A DNA stretch of 64,000 nucleotides from Callorhinchus milii (lineage: Eukaryota): the NCBI RefSeq assembly GCF_018977255.1, contig NW_024704743.1:30382001-30446000 (forward strand), in the 5' to 3' direction. Positions 1 to 11,327 of this stretch are shown here, piece by piece (position 1 is the stretch's first letter; each line of letters begins with the position of its first letter). The position numbers and the translations under genes were made by a program. Below the pieces are notes generated by a model. It had not been told where the DNA came from and did not search any database. It saw only the letters and a program-made list of their open reading frames with translations.

Positions 1-3000
1 ATAGCTATTGTCATCCTATCATGAAAAAATTGAAGGTGATGTATCAAAAATCATATTATATAATGTGTTATCTCTCAGTCCAGGTAATAAATGCATTTTG
101 AAAGGAGCAGATGCCTCGGCCCTGAATGGGGCAATCTAAACCACTTCAGGTTTCTCGTTTGGCTCAGCACACACCCGTAACCTGTAGCCACATTATATAT
201 ATATATATAGACAGCAACTTGTAATAAAATTGTACTCGCTCCAAGCGGAATTCTGATCCAAACAGAGAATTCCCATGTAGCAAGCCACTCACGTTGTGTG
301 AAATTTCTGATCCAAGGAAAACATCTTCAAGCATTATCTTTACCCAAACATAACATTGTCCCAAGCTATTCGTTTTCCGCACTCGGCACATTGAAAGTTC
401 CTAATCTAATACCCAGTCTACTGTAATACTGAAATGCGCATTGGAAGCCAAACCCTTTGCAGAGTTAACATCCACTGCAAAAACACCAGTTATTTCTTTT
501 TGCAATAATAGCATGGTGTCAGGTTTTAACTCAATTCCAGTTGCAAGGTAATGTTGCAAATTAGCTAACGTTAAAATGTCAATAGAGATCTTGATCTGAG
601 AATAGTTCTGTCCTAAAGATAAAACCAGAACACTACTGCTGAGTTTATCAGGCAGCATCTATAGTGATCTTAATGAAAGGGGTGGTAAACTGAAGAGTGG
701 ATCTTTACATTCGTCATCCACCTATAGCAACCACCTGAGGCCAGTTTGATATAAACAATTGTGCAAACATTTGACTTTGCATGATTTTTCTCTCAATGCT
801 CCAACTTTTTGCCCAGGGTTGTAAGCATTGTGGTAAAATTGATGACATTTCTCAACCCGGGTGCTTCCCAGTGAGACAAAAAAAAACACAGGAAACTATC
901 TTGATATAGTCAGTTTCCTGAAGTAAACTGTTGGAACATGGTTGTAAACCCGAGTAAGGGGTGTTAAACCAGCGGGATCTTTTATCCCTGAGTTAATACT
1001 TTTTATTTGGTGTTACAACAGTGTTAGAACCACCCACAACAGGAAAGCAAACACAGTATGTCAATTTTCTGAGGGGGAATGGATGCAAACTATGCACTGA
1101 TTACAGGTAACTAAAACAAGTGAAAACCCTCCATCATTTAAGTAAATCGGAACACATTTTTGCGGTGTTTCTTAACACCCATTCCATGCACTAAGTTGCT
1201 GTTAGCACAAGGAACAGGATAGAAACACAACAATCTTTACTGCATTATGTGTTATTCCTCCTTATAATTGCATTTATTCCAATATTTGTTGGTGAAACTA
1301 AAATATAAATTGCAATGTGCAAATTGTTATCATTTGGATTATAAGTGTTGCAGCGCTGCTGGCCAAAGAGCAATGTAGATTACAGTCCTCAGTGGGTAGA
1401 GACTATTTCATACCCACAGCAAGCCTTCTTAATATTCAAGGCCTATTTATAAACATTAATTAAAGTTTGGGAGGCACTTACCTCCATGTTGCAAGTGCCT
1501 TTGCTGAAATCCCTTCTCTGTGATACTCACACTCAGTTTGAGCCCCTCAGTCCTGCAGCCAGAGGGAGAAGCTTACAAAAATGTGGAAGTATGTACTTAT
1601 GAATAATGTTTGAAATTCATTAAAAGATAAAAGACAGGGTTTGAGAAAGTCAGTAGGATATTGGAGATAAGATGGTTTATCTGTATTTTAATGAAAGAAA
1701 ATGTAACTCGAAATAAATTCAAGCTTATTGTATTTATATTTTTGAGTAAGGAACTCAGAGCTTGCCTGGTTTAGAGTTTTTTTATATTTAATATACTTAA
1801 ATGCTGTTAGCCAATGATATCCATTGTAAAGGAATAACGGAATGGTACACATTATATAGAAAACATAATATGGGAAATATAATCACACAAAAAAAGTTAA
1901 ATTGGAGACAGGGGCTATGTTGTAACTGGATTATGGTGATCTTGATTCTGCTCAGGCCTCTGTATTGTGCCATGTCTATGATAAATCTTTTCAGAACAAT
2001 TGTCCCTCTATATATTTTAACGTAACAGACACTGTGGATTAATTATTAATGAACTGTACTTCAGATCTATACAGTACTTTTTTTACAAAGTGGCATATGA
2101 AAACAATTAACTTAGACATGGATTAAGGGTACTAATGGAATTACACACTTAAAGTGGGATTAGCAGTTTAATCACTTCAAATATGATTAAAGATAAGTTG
2201 CTTAACCCTACTTCTTCACCAATACTCAATATAAATTATATAGGGATCAAAGCATGCATATTCTAGATATTCAAATTTTCTTGAATGTTTATTAGTCAAG
2301 CAATAATTACAGAATTTTCTATATTTACTAAGAATGTGAGAATATAGGAACAAAGAAGCTATTCAGTATTTCTGTTACTCAGATACCATATCAGATCCTC
2401 ATTTGACATTTTTCAGTTACATAGTACATGCACAGCATGGAAACAGGCCATTCGGTAGTGTTTATGTTTCTCATAAGCCTCCACTCATCCTAATCCCTTT
2501 TCCCACACCACAGTAGAAGTGACAATTAGCAGTTCCCATTTTGTTGAGAATATCGCAGATTAGGCTCCAATGTGTGGCAACTAAACTGGCAAGAGCCAAA
2601 GCTACAGAATTCAAAACTTGTGTTGAGGAACTGGGAGAAGTGTAACAGGAGCTGAAAGCGAGCTTCTATTGGAGACTCTAGCTCTTCTTAAGGATTGAAT
2701 GCTTCTATCAATTTGAATACAATGTTGTGAATCTCCTAAATTGTACAGGTGGACTTTCAATTACTCTTCAGAGAAACAATTGCCAGCCTTTTTGCACTGG
2801 ATTGTCAAGCGTATTACACACAGTTCTGCCGACTGATCAGTGATTTTGCAGATGGAAGAATAAGACATCCCCTCAGACCTCATTTGCACTAAATAGATTC
2901 AACATCTTGAACCAGTAGAACTCAACTGATGGGTTTATGCAAATGCGTTCTGTGTCTTTTACTCTGCACAGGTGGGGGAAATGGTGAAAAAGACATCCAG

Positions 3001-3542
3001 TGTAGTAATTGATATTTCCAAGACCTCTTTGAAAATAGGATACTTGTTTGTTAAATCCAAGATTAATTCTATATATATGATCCCAACCACCAAAAGCCAG
3101 ATGAGAAATTGTTACAAAGAAAATGAACAGGATTTCTAAAAGTTAATAGTATCTCAGAAGACAGCTTGGAGCACACGAATGTGACAAATAATCAGTCAAA
3201 CATAATAGATGGAATTCAAAGGATCACAACTATCGCTCCTCATAGAATAAGGATCTGACCAATTTCTAATCCCAATGATCTGTTAAATTACAGTTGCATT
3301 TTGTACAACATAGTGCATCAAAACCTTCTTGAATGAATTAAAATATCTGCAGCCTTTATTTTGTTTTAATGCATTTCATTATCCAATGATCCATCATGAA
3401 AAAACAAGTCCCTTGTTCTTCTGTCTTGTTCTTCTCACTCCTTAACTGAATTATCCCCATCACCGTTCGCAGACAGAGGTCAGAGCAGAAACAGGACACT
3501 GCCATTTGCAAGCTCCATACATTACTTGAAAAGGAGATTGGC

Positions 3543-3698
3543 TGGAGTCCTGTAGCTCAGTGGTTAGAGCACTTGCCTCGCAAGCAAGAGATTTGGGTTC
3601 AATTCCCGGTAGGGCTAAACATTGGGCAAGTTGCCTTACTCCACACGCCTGATTATAATCCCTCAAGAAAAAAAACAATAATAAATTGTTCACTCCAG
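3543..3698 (+). mobile_element. SINE-A (tRNA-Ala-like head), 3'-truncated
   Basis: TGGAGTCCTGTAGCTCAGTGGTTAGAGCAC (A box) ... GGGTTCAATTCC (B box); matches full copies at 44584 and 52771; tail absent. Confidence 0.9.
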
Positions 3699-3829
3699 GA
3701 CCAACTTGATGGCTCTAATTGCCTGTTTCTACAATGTGCCACAATCCATAATTCTCAGAGCAATGTGACAGACTTGAGATTCTGTACCTAAACATTTTTT
3801 TAAATTTTATTTTATTTGGAGGATTTTAT

Positions 3830-4047
3830 TTGGAGGATTGTTGGCCAGGACACTGGGAGAAACTCCCTTCTCTTTTTGAATAATGCCACGGGATCTTTAA
3901 CACCCACCTGAACAAGCCAACAGGATCTCGGTTTAACATCTCATCCGAAGGATAGCACCTCCAACAATGAAACATACCCCCAGCACTGCATTGGAGCGTC
4001 AGTTTAGACTGTGATTTCAAGACCCGATGTGGAGCTTGAACCTACAA
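3830..4047 (-). mobile_element. Old Deu-domain SINE (SacSINE1/AmnSINE1-like) fragment
   Basis: GGGATCTTTAACACCCACCTGAAC...CTCGGTTTAACATCTCATCCGAAGGA recurs at ~18600, 35850 and 40040 and resembles the Deu domain. Confidence 0.75.
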
Positions 4048-4579
4048 TAAACAATAAGGGTATTGGCTTTTGATGCAACTGCAACACATATTTTATTGAA
4101 AACGTCTTTACTTAGAGCAAAATGAACTTATAAACTAATAAGCCCTCCATGGTTCTTCCAAAAATAACACAACATAGCATCACAGAGTCTTAAATCCAAC
4201 TCTGTACAGGTCTGCTATGTTTGCTGGCAGACTCTGCTCACAGCTCTCTAGACTGACTGCAGATCTAATTGATTTTCCACACAACCTTCCAGTCAGTCAC
4301 CTGTTTTATTCAGCTTGACTCTCAATTAAAAGCACAATGTGTTCTTTGTCCTCCCACATAATACACTTAGGAACTCCATCAAATTTGTGGTCTAAAAGAT
4401 GACCATCATAACTTCTAATGCAAAATCCCTAAATTCCTGAAGCAAATATAGGTCAAAGTTTAGGGTGTAATCCATTTTGTGGCTACTTTAAGCGCTCCGA
4501 GAAGTCCCATGTGAAGGGCACTATATAAATGCAAGTTGTTGTTGTTGTAATTACATGTTCTTTGTTCATACTTGTTCAT

Positions 4580-5617
4580 ACTATGAGGTACCCCAAAGCT
4601 CCATCTTTGCCCCCTTCTTTTCCTCATCTACATGCTCCCGATCGGCGATGTCATCTGTAGACATAGAGTTAACTTCCACATGTATACGGATGACACCCAA
4701 ATCTACTTCTTCTCCTCCAGCTGCGATTTCCACTATGCTGATGTCCTGTCAGCCTGTTTGACAGACATCAAGGCCTGGATGAGTACAAATTTCCTGCACC
4801 TGAATGTTGGCAAAACGGAAGCCATACGCTTTGACTCACGTCAACGTCTTCTCTCCTGTGGGTCTGAACTCCTCAACCTCCCCAGGTTCTTCCTCAGACT
4901 CACTGAACTTCTGCCAATTTAGGCATCAGGTTCGATCTCCAGCTTTCCCATCTACCCCACATCCATTCCCTGACTAGGACCGCTTTTTCTACCTCCGCCA
5001 CATTGCCTGACTCTGTCCGTACCTCACAACCGATGCAGCTGAAACCCTCATTCACGCCTTAGTCACTTCCCAGCTGGACTATTCCAATGCCCTCCTCGCT
5101 AGTCTCCCCAGCTTCGCCATACACAAAATCTAATTAATTCAAAACTCCGCCGCCTGGATACTCACCCGCACAAACTCCGTACCCCCATCACAACAGTCCT
5201 AACCAGGCTCCACTCACTCCCAATCACTGAACGGATTGATTTCAAGATCCTCTCACTTGTTTTCAAATTACTTCATTCTCTCGCACCTCCTTACCTACCT
5301 GACCTGCTTATCCCCCACTCCACCACCCGCTGCCTCCGCTCGGCTGGCTGGGCCTCCTATTTGTCTCCAGTGCCCTTCATTCCACCATCAGTGGCTGTGC
5401 CTTCAGCCTCTACGCCCTGAAACTCTCTCACTCAATCCTTCCGCCTTGCCCCTTCCCTCCCCACTTTCAAATCCCACCTAAAGACCTACCTTTACATCGT
5501 GCTTACAGTAAACTCCCCCCTCCCTCTGCCCCAGCTCGTTGTCAGACTCTGCTACTGTCAAGTACTCCGGGACACTGCCCCACATGAAGGGCGCTATATA
5601 AATGCAAGTTGTTGTTG
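4580..5617 (+). mobile_element. L2-clade LINE, 5'-truncated, degenerate RT C-terminus
   Basis: ORF 4632-4922 reads FHMYTDDTQIY...WMSTNFLHLNVGKTEAI (decayed YADD region); tail GAAGGGCGCTATATAAATGCAAG(TTG)n. Confidence 0.9.
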
Positions 5618-6344
5618 CCAAGTCTTAGTTCCAGGTTGTCCCGTAAAAGCCACTTGCTGCAGCAATAGTAGTGTGCTGGCAATGTCTTTGAACCTGCCGA
5701 CACATACAACCCAATTTTTCAGTGCCAGTTTGATAAATACTGTACCAATTCAATCAGCTAATAGGCCTCTTTTTAACAACTCCTATCGCAGATTACCATG
5801 TATTAGACCACAATGTGTCTGCCTTATGACTCCAATGCAGTTTGTGAGAGATTCTCCAAATAAGAGGAATGGGGGAGAAATCATAGACTCATAGACTATG
5901 ATTCCCTCATAGACTCATAGTCTATGATTCCCTCATAGACTAGTTTGAAGTAGTTGTAAAAGCTTTTTACTATGAATTCCCAGTGTACCTCTAAGTCTTG
6001 ATGAACCATGTTGAAGTTTTGAAGTCTGGACACAAGTGTGTTCTCAAACACTAACCATGAAAGAATGAAACCAATGAAAGCCGCTCACATCATTTATACT
6101 TGTGACACAACTACTGGATTCTTAGCAAAAGCCAGCACAATACAACTCAACCATTAAGATCTTGCACTGCAATAATACAGTAATGGTTACTTGCCCTCTG
6201 TTTTGGGGGTCTCAATTCAGAGCCATGACATAAGGCCAGAACTGGGATCCTCTGCTGTTCTGTCCCCTTTGCTAGAGAGAGAGAGAAAGCAAATGAATAA
6301 TATTAATCTAAGGTTTATCTCAACAAATGAAAACAATAATAATG

Positions 6345-6690
6345 AGAATAATCCTTGCATTTGATACAGCGCCTTATCACTTCACTAAGACGTCTCAAAG
6401 CGCTTCACAGAATATACTGTAAATTTGTGTATTTTGACTGTGTATTTTGTAGGTGAAATTCGGCACACAATTTTGCACAGCAGTGTTCTACCAACAGTCC
6501 TGGATTGAGTGACTAAATTATTATATATATTTTTGGAGAAATTATTACCCCAGGAAATTGATCCACTAATAAGCTAACAACCGGGTTCCTATTTACTGCT
6601 AGGTAAACAGAGGCATGTGGAGTAAGGAATCGAACCCTGGTTCTCCCACTTGCGAGGCACAGCGCTAATCACCACACTACAGGAGTAAAG
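6345..6690 (-). mobile_element. SINE-A long form, diverged
   Basis: AATAATCCTTGCATTTGA tail, internal GCTAGGTAAACAGAGGC segment and decayed tRNA-like head. Confidence 0.8.
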
Positions 6691-6739
6691 TAGAACTAAT
6701 GGTGTTGTAGATTTCCCTATTCGTGTTAAAGGGACCATG

Positions 6740-6882
6740 CCATCAGTCACCCTTCCCCCTTCCCCTCCCTTCTCCCCTCCCTGACCCCAGCTCGGGTTTG
6801 AAATGCTGTACACTGTCCAGCGCCTTGGGACATCCTCCCGACATGAAAGGCGCTATACAAATGTAATCTTGTTGTTGTTGTA
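6740..6882 (+). mobile_element. L2 3' tail fragment
   Basis: CAGCGCCTTGGGACATCCTCCCGACATGAAAGGGCGC...(TTG)n. Confidence 0.85.
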
Positions 6883-8589
6883 AAGTGTCTGGCCTATATT
6901 TGAACACTTATCATGATTGTAATCAGGAGCCCATGTTTGGAACTATTGATGTAGTTCCATCCCCCAACATGTTGTTCGCCGGGGTCTTGGAGCAATTCTG
7001 AGAGTAGCCCTCAAACTCTCGTGGTTAAGTGGAGGGTAGGAGGGTGAACAGGGGAAGAGAGGAAGAACCTCTTTCATCAGCACATTTATTGCAATAGGTA
7101 AATTTATTGGAAATCATGGGAAATTGGCCAACCAGTGGAGAATAAACAATTGAGTTGTCGTTTCCTGTACCACATTTGGTTTTGTTGCTGTAACCGCATC
7201 TCATATTAACTGCCAATGAATGATCAAAACTAATGACATTTTAGATACAACAATATTCATGGCCCCTGCAGCAGATTAGACTGAGGTCATTTACCTTGCT
7301 GGCACATTCGCTGTGATTCTCTGGACAAGTATCAATTTCAAAATACTTGAACTGTGACAGTTTAATTGCTGCTATCAACTTTTTTTATCAAGCAAAATGA
7401 AAGAAAGAACACAGATTTCGTTCAATAGATAATGTAAAATGTGGTAAACATTGGAAAAAATACAACTTGTACGGTCTGGTATTCTTAAAGAGTTTTGTTA
7501 CAAATAGTCTCCACTCAAGTCTCATTACAGGTTGAACACTGAGCTGAGAAAATGCCATTTAAAGACATCTGTGGAAACAGTCATTGGCTAACAGTTAATT
7601 TACTACTCAGAGTATAACATTAAGATCACATCAACTATGACTGACACAGGCAGGTTTTTATGAGAATAAGCTCCACATGGTGTCAAAGATAAAAGAGGGA
7701 CAATGTTGTGCACAAATTGGTTCTGGTTTTCTTATAAATACAGTCACTCCATTTTACAGTAAATTTGTTGAAGTGATTTTAAATGTTTTGATGAAGTGAT
7801 AAGGTGCTATATCTAATGCAAGAATTCTTTATTATTGTTAGAGCACTTATATGACACAATATCTTAATTGAACCTCAAAAACAACTGTGGAAATGTAGGG
7901 CATCAAGGTAAAAAAGTTCAATAATTGCATTGGTGTACTTAGCCTGCCAATAAGTGTTACTTGTGATGTTGATTTGAATCCATCGTGTCCTGATGTTTAG
8001 TACTTGAAAATGATTCATAGCAAACTCTGGATTGTGCTCATAAACTGTGGGAGGCCAGCCAAACAACTGTAACAACCACACACCACCCACTCGCCCCCAC
8101 CGCTCAACAAATCGTAGACATACAAGGGGTTGTTCAGTCATTTTTTAAGTCATTATTGCAACAATTTCAATAAGTTCATGAGTTCTTTACTATTTAGGCA
8201 GCAGCAGTCACAGAACAAGTACCTGTGTACAGTGATATGTTTTCAACTATTCAGAGCCCAAATTGGTTATATCAAATCCACTCAGAATAATAACTAGCAG
8301 AAGAGAAAGAATCAGAAGGTAGACATTACCATTTCACCCACAAAATATCCAGTCAATTCACTTTATAGTATATCCTGAGATGTCACAAAGGGACCCACGT
8401 CTGTTCCTTGTATACATTCAAAGATGATTTGATAGGCTCAATATAAGGTAGTTAAGTTTGCAGATGAAGTCAGGTTAGGTGGAATTAAGGAACCAAGGCA
8501 ACAAAAGTCACAGAAAAAGGATTGAATAAGGCAGGCTGATGTGGAGTGTAAACACTGGCACAGACAGTTGGGCCATTCTATGTAACTTG

Positions 8590-8870
8590 GGCGCAAGGCA
8601 GAGGTATTGAGATAGGGAGTTCCAGTGTCTTGGGGAGCAGTGGCTGAAACCACGGCCACTACTGGTGGATTGGAGGTGACAAGGAATGTAGAGGAGCCAG
8701 CTGAGCAAAGGGGACGGTTGGAGGAGTGGTGTGTAATCAGGTTGGAGAGGTAAGTGGGTGCCAGGGCATGAAATGTTTTGTATGTTAGAACAAGGACCTT
8801 GAAATTGATCTGTTCTGCAATAGGGACCCAATGGAGCCTTGAAAAGATTGGGTTGATGGGAATATGGAGC
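8590..8870 (-). mobile_element. L2 fragment
   Basis: Minus ORF contains HIPINPIFSRLHWVPIAEQINFKVLVLTYK, the L2 ORF2 C-terminal LHWLP motif. Confidence 0.85.
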
Positions 8871-9029
8871 CTGGTATAGTCAGTTTTGTATACCAAAAGC
8901 AGATAGCTCTTTGCACATGCATGTCTCACTAATATTGTCGTACCGTCATATGACAAGTTCACATGGAACATTTTGATTGCTGAAGTAAGTCCTGTCAGTA
9001 GTGTCAGTACTAAGTAATTTATAATAGCC

Positions 9030-9135
9030 CAATAGACACTTTGGGATCCCAAGCCTTGGATCTCGCTAACTTGCACCTTATACTCTCAGGACTTAGGTAA
9101 GCAGGGTGTGTCCCTCCAGGGAGAGATACACGAAA
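9030..9135 (+). mobile_element. 3' end of the CCHC non-LTR family
   Basis: AGGTAAGCAGGGTGTGTCCCTCCAGGGAGAGATACAC, similar to 49164-49202, 50725-50772 and the reverse complement of 23564-23640. Confidence 0.6.
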
Positions 9136-9819
9136 ATTTTGGTGCACAGTTTATGCGGGTCTCTCAATCTTCAGACTCTCAATCTGGTTTGGATACTCTT
9201 TAGCATGGCGACGGGGTTTCAGCATATGATAGGCACATGACTGTCAAAACAAAATGAATAAAAAATGGTTTAGCTAGTTTATAGGAAGCAATAAAATGTG
9301 AAACCTTCAAGGATCATTCCCTTCCTGTCACCCTCCATTTGACACTGTATTTGATGATCTGATCAAAATTGACAATTTACGATTTAAGCAAAACATATCA
9401 GTGATCATCAACCCAGGCTAGGCTTTCAACCTAGGTTTTCCAGTTGTGTTTCAGTTATATCTCCTGTCCTGTCTCATATTCCTGAGCTGTCTGTAACCAG
9501 CATAGATTTGATTTGATTGAGCAGTGAGGTACCATTTGGTGAGGTCTTTAACGTTCGGGTGAAGATCCAATGAGACTATTCAGTGAGAGAGGGGAGTTTC
9601 TCTCAATGTCTCAACAGCAATCCTCCACATAGATTGACTACTGTATTTGTTTCATGGCTGTTTGTAGCCACCTGCTATCACATCACAAATTGGTAGATTT
9701 TGTACTCTCACTATACTGGACAGCAACAAGGGTTAAAAAGATCAGTGGATCTAGTAAATGATCTAGTAGATAGACACCTATTGTTGTAATATTATGACTT
9801 TTGAAAAGGTAGCAGTTTC

Positions 9820-10330
9820 CAATCTCAATTGGTGCTGAGTTAGTAAATCTCATCTGAGGTGCCGGTAAGTGTGTTACATTTGGCCTCAGAGGCAATGGGC
9901 TTGAGGAGTGTGGTGGAGGGTTGGGGTTATCAGCCCAGGTTCTTGCTCCTTTTTGCTCTCTAGTTACACCTTACTGGAGGCGAGTAGGTGTAGACATTGG
10001 GTGGTGCCCCCTGCAGCTGAACAGCCTACCATCACTCACTGTCAAGGATCATAATAATAATAATCCTTGCATTTGATATAGCGCTTTTCACATCGGGAGG
10101 ACGTCCCAAAGAGCTTCACAGAACACACTGTAAAGTGAATTGACTGTATATTTGTGGGCGAACGCGGCAGCCAATTGCGCACAGCAATGTCCCACAAACA
10201 GTCATATGGATTAAAAATGACCAATTTATTATTGTTTTGGTTTTTTTGGAGGGTTTATTATTAGGTGAAGAATGGTCACTTTGGCCAAGGCGTGACTGGT
10301 ACCTGTCAATCTGTGCCCATCAGAACCTTC
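9820..10330 (+). mobile_element. Old SINE-like family B, interrupted by SINE-A
   Basis: GCTGAGTTAG...GGCCTCAG...CACTCACTGTCAAGG resumes as TGAAGAATGGTCAC after the insert; related sequence at 39478-39700 (-). Confidence 0.6.
10051..10265 (-). mobile_element. SINE-A, 5'-truncated
   Basis: Near-identical to the reverse complement of 52880-53093; no head. Confidence 0.9.
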
Positions 10331-11018
10331 AGGGCGGAAAGGTGCTGAAGAAAATTTGCGGAGAAAAATTAGTGCAGACACGAAAAAGTATTTCAAACAG
10401 ATAAACAGCTAACTGTGTGTATCCTGAATGGAATGTTTTATCAGTTACCAGTGTGACGACACCACTGATACTTTGAGGTAAGAAAATAATCCACTGCAAC
10501 AATGATGCTCATAAATTAACCAGTAACAAAAAGCTGGGAACTTTAAACTTTAAATTTCTCTTAACCATGCAGATCTTATCAATGTCTCATGGATTGACTG
10601 GAAATATTTATTTGCTTCTGTCCCACTCCATGTTGCTGATCCTTGCTATCAGAGTATGACAAGTTATAACTTAGGATGGAAACGGCTGAATTATTTAAAC
10701 AATGATGCTGCCCTTTAATCATCCGTCTCCCCTTAACCTGCTGTGGTTTGGTTTGTCATGATCGCTTAACTATAATTAAAGCAAACAGATTCCAAACCAA
10801 TATTATTAATTTAATGGAAGTACAAGGCAATGCGGAAGATCAAATTGTATTCAAACGTGAGTCACCATAAATGCTCCATCTTTCGAAAGATTTTTTTTAT
10901 AAAAAAGGCTGGGAAGAAACATGGAATAGAAAATCACAACATGTGATGAAATGAAAAATTGCCATCCAATTATTATCAACTGGATCTGTTGGGAAGCTCT
11001 TCCCCTGACTTACGCACA

Positions 11019-11327
11019 TAATAATCCTTGCATTTGATATAGCGCTTTTCACGTCTTCTCGATGTCTCAAAGCACTTCACAGAATATACAGTAAAGTGAA
11101 TTGTCTGTTACTTGTTGCCGAAACGCGGCAGCCAATTGCGCACAGCAGTGTCCCACAAACAGTTGTGGATTGATTGACCAAATTATTATTTTATTTATTA
11201 CCTAGAGGAATTATTATCAAGCATGTGGAGTAAGGAAGCTTGCCCAAGGTTTTGCTCTGCGGGGAATTGAACCCAGGTCTCTCGCTTGCTAGGCGAGTAC
11301 TCTAACCACTGAGCTACAGGACTCCAC
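11019..11327 (-). mobile_element. SINE-A, full length
   Basis: From the (AAT)n tail to GAGCTACAGGACTCCAC head. Confidence 0.9.

Noticed and set aside
164..658. Exon or ORFs near the window start
   Set aside because: A minus-strand donor-like GTGAGT is present, but the acceptor lacks a pyrimidine tract and the peptides are unrecognisable.
4050..4340. Solo LTR
   Set aside because: A poly(A)-signal-like motif is present, but there are no clear TG...CA ends, TSD or second copy.
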